A DNA stretch of 64,000 bases from Rebecca billardiae RCC1528. Lineage: Eukaryota > Protista > Haptophyta. Location: NCBI GenBank assembly GCA_965240325.2, contig OZ251254.1, positions 434,001-498,000 on the forward strand, given 5' to 3'. This document shows, one piece after another, positions 1 to 11,206 of the stretch. The position numbers and the translations under genes are program-made. Position 1 is the stretch's first letter. Each line of letters starts with the position of its first letter. Under the pieces are notes generated by a model, which made no database searches, was not told the DNA's origin, and saw only the letters and a program-made list of their open reading frames with translations.

Positions 1-66
1 ACCGCCAGCGCGGCCGCGGCCGCGCGTGCGGCCGCGGCCGGCGCCGTCCCGCTCTCGGCGGCCGGT

Positions 67-2864
67 GTGGTGGCGGAGGTGGTCGAGGCGACGGCGGCGG
101 GTGCAGGTGGCGACGAGGCGTCGGGCGTCGACGAGCACGCCGAGCACCCGCCGTCGCACCCCGACGCATCGCAGCCCGCGTCGCCCGCGCGCCGCGCGCC
201 GCAGCCGACGCAGCCGCAGCCTGCTGGGGCCACGCCCACGCGGCTTCCGCTGCCCAAGACCAAAGGGGGCATGGGCGGCCTGCTGTCGCGGCTGTGGCGT
301 CCGACGGCGGCGACCGCGGCGAAGCAGCACGTGCCCAAGCACGCGGCTCCCAAGCACGAGCCCATGTCCATCTCGGAGGCGCTCACGTCGCCGACGCGCA
401 TCCCGGCGCCACGCGCGGAGCGAGCGGCCGCGAGCGCGCGGCCGGTGAGCGCACGCCCCGCCGGGGCGGCGCCGCCGCACAAGGTGGAGGCGCGGCCGGC
501 GACGGCGCGCGCGCACAAGGGGCACTTCGCCGCGCCCAAGCCGCCCAAGAACCCCGGCACCGGCCTCCCGCTCTCCACCGACGAGCGCCGGCTGCAGCAG
601 GCGCAGTGCGAGATGGCGGAGGCGCGCGACAAGCAGCGCGCGCGCTCGGCGCGGCTGCACAAGATCCTCAGCGACGTGGGCACGCGCATGCCCGCGCGCT
701 CGACGAAGGGGCTGACGATGCCACACGAGTTCTCGTTCAAGTCGGACGCGCGCACGCACGGCGCCGAGTCGCGCGCGTCTGGCGCGGCCGCCGAGCCCTT
801 CGTGCCCCTCGCCCAGGCCGTCAGCTCGTTCGCTTGGCGCGCGCCCTCCACCCCAGAGCGCGAGGGCACAATCTCGGGCACAATCTCGGCCGAGTCCTCT
901 GCCGTGTCCGCGACGGGCGCGCCGAGGCCGACGAAGCCGGCGCCGTTCCGGCTCGCGACGGAGGCGCGGCACCGGTGCGCGCCGCGCTCGCGCCGCGTCT
1001 CGCGCCGCGCGCGCGCACGCGCCGACAGGGCCGTCGGCTGGGTGGGGCCTCGGCGGGCGCGCGCCAGCCCAGCCTGCTCTCGCAGGGGCCTCACACGCGC
1101 TGTGCTGGGCCTTCGTCCCTCGTCCGCGACCACCGCCTGCGCCGCGCCGCCGCCGCCGCCGCCGCGCGCAGCCCGACGACGGTGCTCTCGACGGAGGAGC
1201 GGCAGCTGCAGGAGATCGAGGCGGCGAAGGCGGCGATGCACGCGCGCCCCGTCTCGGCCGCCGTGATGAACTCGCATGGCCACCTCGGCGTGCCTCGCGT
1301 TCAGAAGGCCAAGCCAACTGCCTTTGCGGAGTTCAGCCTGAGCACCGATCGGCGCGCGGCGGCGCGCACGGCCGCCTCGCACGCCGAGCACGCGCTGTCG
1401 TCGTCGTCCGAGTCGTCTGCGCACGGCGAGGGCGGTGGGCACTTCCGCGCGCGGCCCGTGCCCTCGACCACGTACACGCCCGAGCGCACCGTCGCCAAGC
1501 GGCCGGCGACCGCCGCGGCGGCGGTGCCGCACCGGCGCGCCGCCGATTCGCACGGCCCGGCGCTCGCGACCGCCGCGCGCGCAATCGTGCCGCGCGCGGG
1601 CGACGCCCGGGACGAGCCTGACACGCCGACGCGACGCGGCGGGTTCCGCGCGCGGCCGATGCCGCTGCACCCGACGCCGACGCCGGTGAAGCACGGCGCC
1701 GCGCCCGCCTCCAAGCCGCTCACTTCGCCCGCCGCGTTTGAGCTGCAGACTGAGGCACGCGGCGCGCTCGCGAGCCGAGCTTTTGAGGAGCGCCGCCGGC
1801 AGGAGACTGAGGCGGAGAAGCAGGCGCGCGCGTTCAAGGCGCGCGGCGTGCCACAGGCGGAGCCGTTCCAGCCGGTGCGCGCGCAGTCCAAGCTGTGCTC
1901 GCCGCACCCGTTCGACCTCAAGACCGACGCCCGCCACCAGCTCTCGCAGGTGCGATGCGCGCCGCGATGCGCAGTGCGCGCCGCGCCCGGCCCTTAGGCC
2001 ACGCCGGCGCCGCGCCGCGCCAGCTGCACGCGCGGTGGGGCTCGGCGTTGGGCGAGGCTCGGTGTCGTCCCCCCCCCGCGTCCGCTGCCCCGTGCTTCCG
2101 CTCACCGCCCTGCGCCACCCCGCGCGCGCCACCTCCGACCCCCCGCAGGCGCAGTTCGACGCGATGGTGGCGGAGCAGGAGAATGAGATGAGGCGGCACG
2201 CGCACTTCAAGGCGCGCGAGTGCACAGTCACCAAGCAGCAGCCGTTCCAGGCGCACAAGTCGACCAAGCCGCTCACCGAGCTGCAGGTGCGCGCGTGCCG
2301 CCCGGCGCGCCCCACGCCACGCCGCGTGCGCGCGCCCTGCGCCATCCCCGTCGCTCTCACGCGCTCCTCTTCTTCGGGTGCGCGCGCCACCGCCCGTCAG
2401 GACGTCATGCTGCATTCGGACGAACGCCACGCGGAGCGCGCGGCGTACGACGCGCAGCTCAAGCAGCGGCGCAAGGCGGCGGAGGCGGCGGCGCGCGCGG
2501 AGGCGGAGGCGAAGGCCGCCCGCGAGAAGCTCGAGATCGCCGAGGTGCGCGCGAGCGAGACCGCACCGACTTGTCACCGCCGCGCGCGCGCGCCTGCACA
2601 GCGGCCGCTGACTCTGCTGCTCCATGCCTGCGGCGCGGGCACCCCGCGCGCGCGCGCGCGCGCCACTCGGCCGTCCAGATGCGAAAGCGCATGGTGATCA
2701 AGGCGAGGCCCGTCTCCGCCGCAGTGCTCGGTGGCCAGCCGGTCGTCCTGAAGCAGGTCGCCAAGAAGGCGCTCACCGTCGCCATGTCGCCCAAGTTCGC
2801 GACCACCATGCGCGTGATGGCGCGTCGTGGGCGATCGCTTCTTGGCCATGACGGGTCGGCCTAG
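67..2864 (+). CDS. TPX2: TPX2-like microtubule-binding/spindle assembly protein (probably 5'-truncated by the window edge). Exons about <67-974, 1172-1949, 2149-2286, 2401-2544, 2679-2864
   Basis: Repeated TPX2-type motifs: LTMPHEFSFKSDAR, TKPAPFRLATEAR, FKARGVP, FKARE, KPLTE, HSDER..ERAAYD, RKRMVIKARPV. GT-AG introns join three ORFs in frame. Confidence 0.8.
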
Positions 2865-3256
2865 TCGAAGCTCTCGCCCGCGCGCGTGGCGGCCTCGGCA
2901 GAATCGAACCGATCGCGGACTCATAGCCCTGCCAAGCCGAGCGCCGAAGTTGGTGTGCGACTTTGTGCAGACCACTAGGACGGCTTCCGCGTTCCGCGGT
3001 GACCGCGAGGGCGGTATACCAAATGGCATCAAATAATACGGGAGTGGCGCGCCGCCTGTCCGCGACAGGCACCGAGCAGTACGGCCCCGCCGACGAGCCG
3101 CGCAGCGGACTGCGTCTGCGGAGTGCGGGGCTCCTGACGCACGGCGAGCGAGTGGGTAGTCGCCAGTCGGGGCTCGGGCGCCGCGGCCTGATGCATCTCT
3201 TATATCTGCTCTCTCTCTTTCTCTCTCGTCACGATCGACTCATCTAAGAGCGCGTA

Positions 3257-3779
3257 CAGGCAATCGCGGCGGGCAATAAGAAGTCAGAGATCTCACGGCT
3301 ATCCTCAGTTTCTTAGCCGTTCGGTAGCCCGAGCGCCTACGGAGTCTCAGTTTCTTAGCTAGGTCCGCCCGCCGCGCAGGCGCGGGGGGCGCAGGGGGGC
3401 AGAGCCCCCCGCTGAGTCTTTAGGCCCGGCCGGCGAGGCCGACGAAAATTTTGGGCCTTTTTGGAGCAAATCTGGCATGATGTTGCATGGATGCTGCGGT
3501 GCACTGGCCAGGAGTCAGTCATCAGGAGAAGTCCGGGGACTCTTGGCCTGTACTCGTAGTCGGGCCGCGCGCCGCGTCCCCGACGGGCCGACTGCGCCTC
3601 GCCCGCCTCGGCGGACCACTCGTCAGCCGGGACGACGTAGTCCCGGTTTCTTAGTGTGACTATGCGTATAGCGAACCAGCCAATCGCTAGCCTCAGTTTC
3701 TAGGCCAGATCCGCAGATATCAAGCCCCAGTTTCTTAACGTGACAGCTCCTTAGGCTTCAGATTGCCCGCGATGGCCTG
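3257..3779. mobile_element. MITE family A, copy 1 (TA-flanked, Tc1/mariner-type)
   Basis: TA|CAGGCAATCGCGG ... CCCGCGATGGCCTG|TA. Repeated internal CTCAGTTTCTTAG motif and a GGGGGGCAGAGCCCCCC hairpin. Homologous inverted copy at 15045-15630. Confidence 0.85.
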
Positions 3780-3989
3780 TAGTAGTCGTGATGAATCAGG
3801 ATCTGATGCTATAATATATATGTACGCATTATTTATTATTTATTATATATATATATATTATATATATATACGCTACTGATATATAGTCTACGACAGGCAA
3901 TAACGACGCGACTACTATAATTAATAAGCGCACGATGCTGATGACGATGATATATAACGAGCAGTGTCATCAGCAGCAGCGCAGCAGTA

Positions 3990-5432
3990 CCACCTTGAAT
4001 GGCCCCAGTGGGCGGAAATGGCCACATCTCCCGGAGATCGGGCGTACTCGCACGTGCGAGTAAAGTTTCGTCGGGATTTTCAGCAATTTCATTGGAGGAG
4101 GCCCGAGGAGGGTGCCTCACTCTATTGTCCAAACTTGCATTTTCGGGATGTGACGCTGTAAGTGTTTCGCCTTGCGGAGTAGCGCAGCCGCCAATCCGTC
4201 CAATGGGAAGCCAGCTCGGGCTTCGCTCAATGAAAAATGATCACATCGGCTCCCGCGAGCCCCAATAGGAAATAGATGCTCGCTCCGTTCCACTTCGTCG
4301 GTATCTCGCCGTCTCGTGGTGGGCGAGGGGCGGAGCTGAGTCGGGTTGGGGCTGCGGCGCGGACTGCGATGCTGGGCTGCTGACGTTCTCCGCGCGGGAT
4401 ATCTGAGGGGCACGCGAGCTGTATGTAGGGCACGCCTTGCAAACAATCTCCCCGCTGTACGTGCAGGTCATGCTAGCGTCCTCCGCGCCAAAAAAACCTG
4501 CTTGTTCTTGCGCGAGGCCCGAGTCCGCGGTGCCACGGTCGCTGCTCGCCGCAAGCTGGCACGCGTCAGCGTCTACACATTCACGATTCGGTGGTCATCG
4601 TGCGCCTGAGGACGGGGGCGATCTACTGCGTGCGCTGCTAGATGAGCAGGCCCGCGTAAGGTTAGATCACCCTGCTCCTCACGCCTTGCGCGCACCTTGG
4701 GTTGCTCACCGTCACGCTTGAGGCGCTTCACGTCGCACGGGTCGGCGTAAGCTGGAGTGTGTGATGCAAGCAGACGTCTTCCAAGCCTGGCTTGTACCCG
4801 ATGGGAGAGCATACTTCTATCGCCTTCAGCCACCACCTTCTCCGGCGTTCGACGCCCACACTACATGCGACCACAGCCATACGCAGCTCGTCGGGACTCG
4901 TCTCCGTTAGCTTGTCGATGTGCAAACGCCAAGGCCTGTGACACGCAGGGAAGACTGATTCGCCATGGCATTTGTGCACTGCGTGAAGCATTGACACCAG
5001 CGCACGTTCGCCAGGTAGATTTGCGGGAGCAGAGCGTGCTTTTCTGCAAGGATTCGCACACGTATCACAGAAGTTCAGCAGTCGCGGGCTCGGACTGAAG
5101 ATCTCTGCACCGTCGCTTAGCCGTGAGTGACAGGAACAGGCGAGGAGCTCCCACGGTGCTGGCGCACAACATGCCGTGACAGCGGGGGGCACACACATGG
5201 CGCGTGCGCTGACACAACCGCGCGGACGACCGGGCTAGGCGCCACTGATCGGCCGCCCTCGTGCAAGGCACCGGCGGACTTCGCGGCCGGAACGCCATCG
5301 GGACAGCCGTCCCTCGTTTCGGCCGCCAGATAGTCTTTCGCCTTCTTCAAAACTCTAAACATTGACTGGCCAAGTAACTCTGAGATTCGCAATCGTGCGG
5401 CCAAAAACGGGGCTGGGGGGCAGTCAAGGTGG
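3990..5432. mobile_element. Putative degenerate TIR element (about 1.44 kb)
   Basis: Imperfect inverted ends CCACCTTGAATGGCCCCAG / CTGGGGGGCAGTCAAGGTGG. Lower GC than neighbouring genes and only broken ORFs inside. TA on the left flank only. Confidence 0.4.
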
Positions 5433-5481
5433 CCACCGAGCGCGCCTGCATGCGCGCTAGCGCAGTATATATATACTGCTG

Positions 5482-8400
5482 CTACAAGTGATTGACGTCT
5501 GATGCGTTGCCGCTGTAGAGGCGGCCGCCGCCATGGTCAGCTGCGCTCCCCATCGGCCCGCCGAGCGGCTGGCCACGCTTCTGCGCCTGCTGGCGGCGGT
5601 ACGCGAACGCGCCCCCGGCGCAGCAGCAGCAGCAGGCCAAGATCGCGAGGACGATGCCGGCAATCTCGCCCGCGCTCAGCTCACTGAGCGTTTCGCCCAG
5701 GTCCGGGAACCGGCCGCCGTCGTCGTCATCGTCGTCGTCGTCGTCGTCATCCCCGCTGCTGCCGCTGTCGCCGCCGCCCGACGAGCCGCCCGAGGTCGCG
5801 GTGCCGTCGTCCTGCACGATCGGGTCGTACCACGCGGACGCGCTGAACTTGTCGAATCTCAGCGTGATCTCGTACTTGGTCGTGCCGGAGAGCGCGAGCT
5901 GCGGGTACCCGGCCGGCATCGTCGTCCACGAGCCGTCCAGCTTGGCCACGTCGGACACGACCATCGTCGCGCCGCTGCCCAGCGAGTACGTGTTGTTGGC
6001 GACCGGCGTCAGGTCGAGCGCCTCGCCCGCCTTGGACTTGACCTCGATGCCGATGTCGAGGAACTCGCCCGTCTCGCCCTGGCACGGGTTGCCGCTCTCG
6101 CCCGCGCAGAAGGGCCAGTTGAGCACCTGCACAGGGCACGCGCGCGCGCGCGCGGCGGGGGCGGTGGGGCGGCGGGGCACACGCACACGGCTCAGCGCAC
6201 TGCCGCCTGGCAAGCCAACGTCGCGCGGCGCGGCGGCGCGGCGCGGCGTGCTGCACCTCGACGTTGAACTTGAGCGTGCCCGCGGTGACGGCGTACACTT
6301 CGTCGGGCGTGGGCGTGATCGTGCCGTTCTCGGTGAAGATGAGCGCGGTGATGCGCAGGTCGGCGGCGTCGTCGACCAGCTTGACGCTGAAGTCGATCGC
6401 GCTCGCGCCCACGCCAGACACGTTGGTGGCGTACGCCGCGCCGAAGGTGAAGTCGGTGTTGGCGAAGGTGTTGCGCGAGTGCTTCCCGTCGTTTGGACCG
6501 GACTGCCCCACCGTGCCGCCGCCCGAGTCGCGCTCGACGATGCTCGACATGGTCACCTGCACCTTGTCGTCGTCCGACGCGTCCTCCGAGCCGTACACCA
6601 TCTTGCCGGACTGGCCGAGGATGCGCACGCTGTTGACCGGCGCGGAGTCGTCGCCTGACGCCGGACTGGTGAGCTCCTGCGTCGCGGGCGAGGGCGGCGG
6701 CGGCGAGCTCGGCGGCGGCGGCGGCGGGCTGGGCGGCGGGCTGGGCGGCGAGATCGCCACGTCCTGCACGAGCGGGTCGTACCACGCCGACGCGTTGAAC
6801 TTGTCGAAGCGCAGCGTGAGCTCGTACTTGGACGACCCCGAGAGCGAGAGCTCCGGGTACCCCGACGGCATCTCCGCCCAGGAGCCGTCCAGCTGGACCG
6901 CGTTAGAGACAATCAGCTCGGCGCCGCTGCCCAGCGAGTACGTGTTGTCCGCGATCGGCGTGAGGCTGAGGTTGCCGTTCGCCTTGGACTTGACCTCGAT
7001 GCCGATGTCGAGGAACTCGCCCGTCTCGCCCTGGCACGGGTTGCCGCTCTCGCCCGCGCAGAAGGGCCAGTTGAGCACCTGTGCGGCCGCGTGCGCGCGC
7101 GGGCGGGCGTACACGCAAGGGGCACGCGAGCTGTCAGCGCTCAGCGCGCGCGCACCGGCCGCAGGAGCGCGGGGGTCCTGCGCGCACCTCCACGTTGAAC
7201 TTGAGCGTGCCGTCGGTCACGTTGTACGACTCGGACGGGGTCGGGTAGATCGTGCCGCTCTCGGTGAAGATGAGCGCGGTGATGCGCAGGTCAGCCGCGT
7301 CATCCACGAGGGAGACTTCAAAATCTATGGCCGTCGCCGCCACGCCGGAGACGTTGGTGGCGTACGCCGCGCCGAAGGTGAAGTCGGTGTTGGCGAAGGT
7401 GTTGCGCGAGTGCTTGCCCGCGTTCGGCCCCGACTGCCCCACCGTGCCGCCGCCCGAGTCGCGCTCGACGATGCTCGACATGGTCACCTGCACGCGCTCG
7501 TCGTCGGGCGCGGCCGCCTGTCCGTACACCATCTTGCCCGACTGGCCGAGGATGCGCACGCTGTACTCGGAGGTCTCGAGCTCGCGGTCGGGGCCGGGCG
7601 GCGGCGGGCTCGGCGGCGGGCTCGGCGGCGGGGGCGGTGGGCTCGGCGGCGGGCTCGGCGGCGGGCTCGGCGGCGGTGGGGGCGGGCTCGGCGGCGGGGC
7701 CGGCGGCGGGGCCGGCGGCGGGGTCGGCGGCGGGGTCGGCTCGGTCGACTCGGTGCCCACGTCCTGCACGACCGGGTCGTACCACGCCGACGCGTTGAAC
7801 TTGTCGAAGCGCAGCGTGAGCTGGTACTTGGACGACCCCGAGAGCGAGAGCGCCGGGTACCCCGACGGCATCTCCGCCCAGGAGCCGTCCAGCTGGACCG
7901 CGTTGGAGACAATCAGCTCGGCGCCGCTGCCCAGCGAGTACGTGTTGTTGGCGACCGGCGTGAGGCTGAGCGTCTGGTTCGCCTTGGACTTGACCTCGAT
8001 GCCGATGTCGAGGAACTCACCCGTCTCGCCCTGGCACGGGTTGCCGCTCTCGCCCGCGCAGAAGGGCCAGTTGAGCACCTGTGCGGACGTGCGCGCGCGC
8101 GTGCGGGCGGACGCTCAGACGCTGTGCGCACGGTCGCGCGCGCGCGACGCCCTCGTGTGCCCACGTGCGCGCAAGCACCTCGACGTTGAACTTGAGCGCG
8201 CCCTTGCTCACGTTGTACGTGTCCATCGGCGTGGGCGCGATCGTGCCGCTCTCGTTGAATATGAGCGCGGTGATGCGCAGGTCAGCCGCGTCATTGACGA
8301 GGGAGACTTCAAAATCAATCGCATGCGCGGCCACGCCGGAGACGTTGGTGGCGTACGGCGCGCCGAAGGTGAAGTCGGTGCTGGCGAACGTGTTGCGCGA

Positions 8401-8643
8401 GTGCTTCCCGTCGTTCGGCCCGCTCTGGCCGACCCGGTTGCCGCCCGAGTCGCGCTCGGTGATGCTCGACATCGTCACCTGCACCTTGTCGTCATCCGAC
8501 GCGTCCGACGAGCCGTACACCATCTTGCCGGACTGGCCGAGGATGCGCACGCTGAAGTCAGATGTCAGCAGCTCGCGCTCGTCCGCCACGGCGTGCGCCG
8601 TCAAGGCCGCCAGGACGACGGCGAGGCATCGCATCGTGCGCAT
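5482..8643 (-). CDS. Type I membrane protein (about 940 aa) with three tandem SAARP/CARP-like domains, Pro-rich linkers, poly-Asp, a TM helix and a Cys run. Exons 8643-8179, 8078-7188, 7078-6257, 6126-5482
   Basis: Signal peptide MRCLAVVLAALTAHAVA. Domain motifs VRILGQSGKM, HSRNTFA.TDFTF, GTLKFNVEVLNWPFC, GEFLDIGIEVKS, MPSGYP, LRFDKF..WYDP. Three phase-0 GT-AG introns, each at NVE|VLN. C-terminus GD11G..IAGIVLAILACCCCCAGG. Confidence 0.8.
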
Positions 8644-8908
8644 GACGACGCTGGCTACGCTCGTCTGCCTGCCGATGCAGTGGCAGCCCCAGCACAGGCA
8701 GCTGGCGAATGAGCGGATGCGCCGATGGGATGACCCGCAGTTCAGAGGAAATCTCCCGTTGCTGGTAGTACACCTCCCTTGGTGGTACAGTATTCCGTAC
8801 GTATCTTCCGTACGTATGCATGGTCTCACTTCGCGCTGGGATTCGTCGCGACGGCGCCGCGGCCCAACGCCCGGGTAAAAAAACTGTGCTCCAGGCTCCA
8901 GCGCAAAG

Positions 8909-10305
8909 GGACTAATTCTATGATTTAAAGACACAGGCACGAGGGCGCAGCTCTCCTGATTCGTCTGTCGAAGTACTGAATGGAGTTAATGGAGGATGTC
9001 GGAGCGCGTTGGCCGCGGGTGAGGGAGTCGTCGTAACCGATGCTGATCACACGGTCACTGAGGTAGTAGGCGCCCGGGGATGCCGCTGTTTTGCAGTCGT
9101 CGTCGGCCTTGGTCATCATGTAGTTGCCCGTGTCGTCGTCGTCCGAGGCTGTTCAAGTTGATGCCGTAGTGCAGGTAGTGGATGTGGTCGCCCGGGCCGG
9201 TGTGCGCGGCCTAGTGGCCTTGCCGAGTTGAGGGAGTAGTCGCCCTTGCCGTTGAGGAAGTCGTCGTCCTTGCCGTTGAGGAAGTCGTCGCCCTGGCCGC
9301 AGAGGAAGTCGTCGCCCTTGCCGTTGAGGAAGTCGTCGTCCTGGCCGCTGAGGGTGCCTGCGCTGCCCAACCGGGCGCGTCTGGCGCGCCAGCGCCGCGC
9401 GCGGCTCTACGCCAGCGACTGCGGCACGGCGGCAGCCAGGTCACGGGGGGGGTCGCCGAGGGACGCGGTGCGAGCCTGCTTGGCCGGCTTGGCGTCGCTC
9501 CCGCCAGCGGAGGAGGGCCCATCCTCCTCCGCCGGCGTGGACGGCTCGGTCGCCGCGCGCTTGCCGGCTGCCGCGGCGCCGGGGGGCAGGACCAGGCGGT
9601 AGTTGGACTAATTCTATGATTTAAAGACACAGGCACGAGGGCGCAGCTCTCCTGATTCGTCTGTCGAAGTACTGAATGGAGTTAATGGAGGATGTCGGAG
9701 CGCGTTGGCCGCGGGTGAGGGAGTCGTCGTAACCGATGCTGATCACACGGTCACTGAGGTAGTAGGCGCCCGGGGATGCCGCTGTTTTGCAGTCGTCGTC
9801 GGCCTTGGTCATCATGTAGTTGCCCGTGTCGTCGTCGTCCGAGGCTGTTCAAGTTGATGCCGTAGTGCAGGTAGTGGATGTGGTCGCCCGGGCCGGTGTG
9901 CGCGGCCTAGTGGCCTTGCCGAGTTGAGGGAGTAGTCGCCCTTGCCGTTGAGGAAGTCGTCGTCCTTGCCGTTGAGGAAGTCGTCGCCCTGGCCGCAGAG
10001 GAAGTCGTCGCCCTTGCCGTTGAGGAAGTCGTCGTCCTGGCCGCTGAGGGTGCCTGCGCTGCCCAACCGGGCGCGTCTGGCGCGCCAGCGCCGCGCGCGG
10101 CTCTACGCCAGCGACTGCGGCGCGGCGGCAGCCAGGTCACGGGGGGGGTCGCCGAGGGACGCGGTGCGAGCCTGCTTGGCCGGCTTGGCGTCGCTCCCGC
10201 CAGCGGAGGAGGGCCCATCCTCCTCCGCCGGCGTGGACGGCTCGGTCGCCGCGCGCTTGCCGGCTGCCGCGGCGCCGGGGGGCAGGACCAGGCGGTAGTT
10301 GGACT
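8909..10305. repeat. Tandem duplication with a 696-bp unit (8909-9604, 9605-10300), containing internal 21-bp repeats
   Basis: The copies are nearly identical (one substitution seen, 9426 vs 10122). GGACT microhomology at 8909, 9605 and 10301. Confidence 0.9.
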
Positions 10306-11206
10306 CCCCGAGCGCCGGCCTGGCCTGTTGCACCTCGGGCCCGTCCGACGGCGCGGCCGCGGTTGGTGGCTGGGGTGGCGGGATGGCATCGTCCGAACCC
10401 TCCCCCTCGGGCTCCTCCGCCTCCGGGCCGGCGGGGTCCGCCGCCTGTTGGTCGGCCGGCTGAGGAGCAGGGCGGCGCGCAGCGGCGGGCGGCGCGGGCG
10501 GCACAGGCGGCGCGGGCGGCACGCCCCACAGGTTGTGTGGGACGCGGGCGGCGCCGGCGATGCGGCGGCTCGGCTTGAGCGGCGCGAAGAAGATGGGGTG
10601 CTCGGGGTCGATGGGCATGAAACGCAGGCGGAGGAAGATCAGGTTCACACCGCCGGAGTAGATGTTGGTCTCGACGTGCTCACCGTTGGTCACGTACTTG
10701 TTGATGTCGGGCACGATCTGCTCGTAGAGGGCCCTGTGAAACTGCACGAGCGTCATCGTGGGGCTAACCGGGAGCGTGAGGGACACGTCCTTCGCCTGGG
10801 TTGCGAGGTCGGCCGCCGACAGCGCGAGCATCTCCTGCGTGAGCTCCGTGGTGCACGCCGTGAGAATGTTCGGCATGCACAGGCTGGTGGCCAGGCGGCG
10901 GCAGATGGTCATGTTCTCGAGCACCGAGCCGGTGAAGGAGAAAACGTGCTTATTGCCTTTGGGGTCCTGGGTGAGTCCTGAGAGCAGTCGCCCGCCTTGC
11001 GAGTTGGGCGCCACGTCGCTCAGGCAGCGCGCGCTCAGCTTGATCATCGTCGTGCACATCTGCTGGCCCGCATCCCGCCTGGCGGTGGGGGTGCTCGGCC
11101 GTTCCACCTGCAGCCCGCGCTCGAAGTTGTTGGAAGAGGGGAAGAAGCTCAAGGCGCTCCTGCTGTTGAGACGGTCGCGGAAAAAGCCGTGCTGGTAAGG
11201 GGGCAT
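10103..11206 (-). CDS. Intronless hypothetical protein (about 367 aa), possibly carried by a mobile element
   Basis: ATG at 11206 (MPPYQH). Globular-looking N-terminal two thirds with coding-like codon bias, then a Pro/Glu low-complexity tail. No family recognised with confidence. Confidence 0.55.
   Translation of the reverse strand: MPPYQHGFFRDRLNSRSALSFFPSSNNFERGLQVERPSTPTARRDAGQQMCTTMIKLSARCLSDVAPNSQGGRLLSGLTQDPKGNKHVFSFTGSVLENMTICRRLATSLCMPNILTACTTELTQEMLALSAADLATQAKDVSLTLPVSPTMTLVQFHRALYEQIVPDINKYVTNGEHVETNIYSGGVNLIFLRLRFMPIDPEHPIFFAPLKPSRRIAGAARVPHNLWGVPPAPPVPPAPPAAARRPAPQPADQQAADPAGPEAEEPEGEGSDDAIPPPQPPTAAAPSDGPEVQQARPALGESNYRLVLPPGAAAAGKRAATEPSTPAEEDGPSSAGGSDAKPAKQARTASLGDPPRDLAAAAPQSLA

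Noticed and set aside
3810-3930. (TA)n AT-rich islands here and at about 22240-22300
   Set aside because: Simple low-complexity tracts between convergent gene ends with no further structure.
9246-10050. 21-bp repeats (and the 43-bp repeat at 55741) as CRISPR-like arrays
   Set aside because: Contiguous tandem repeats without unique spacers, no cas genes, and a eukaryotic context.
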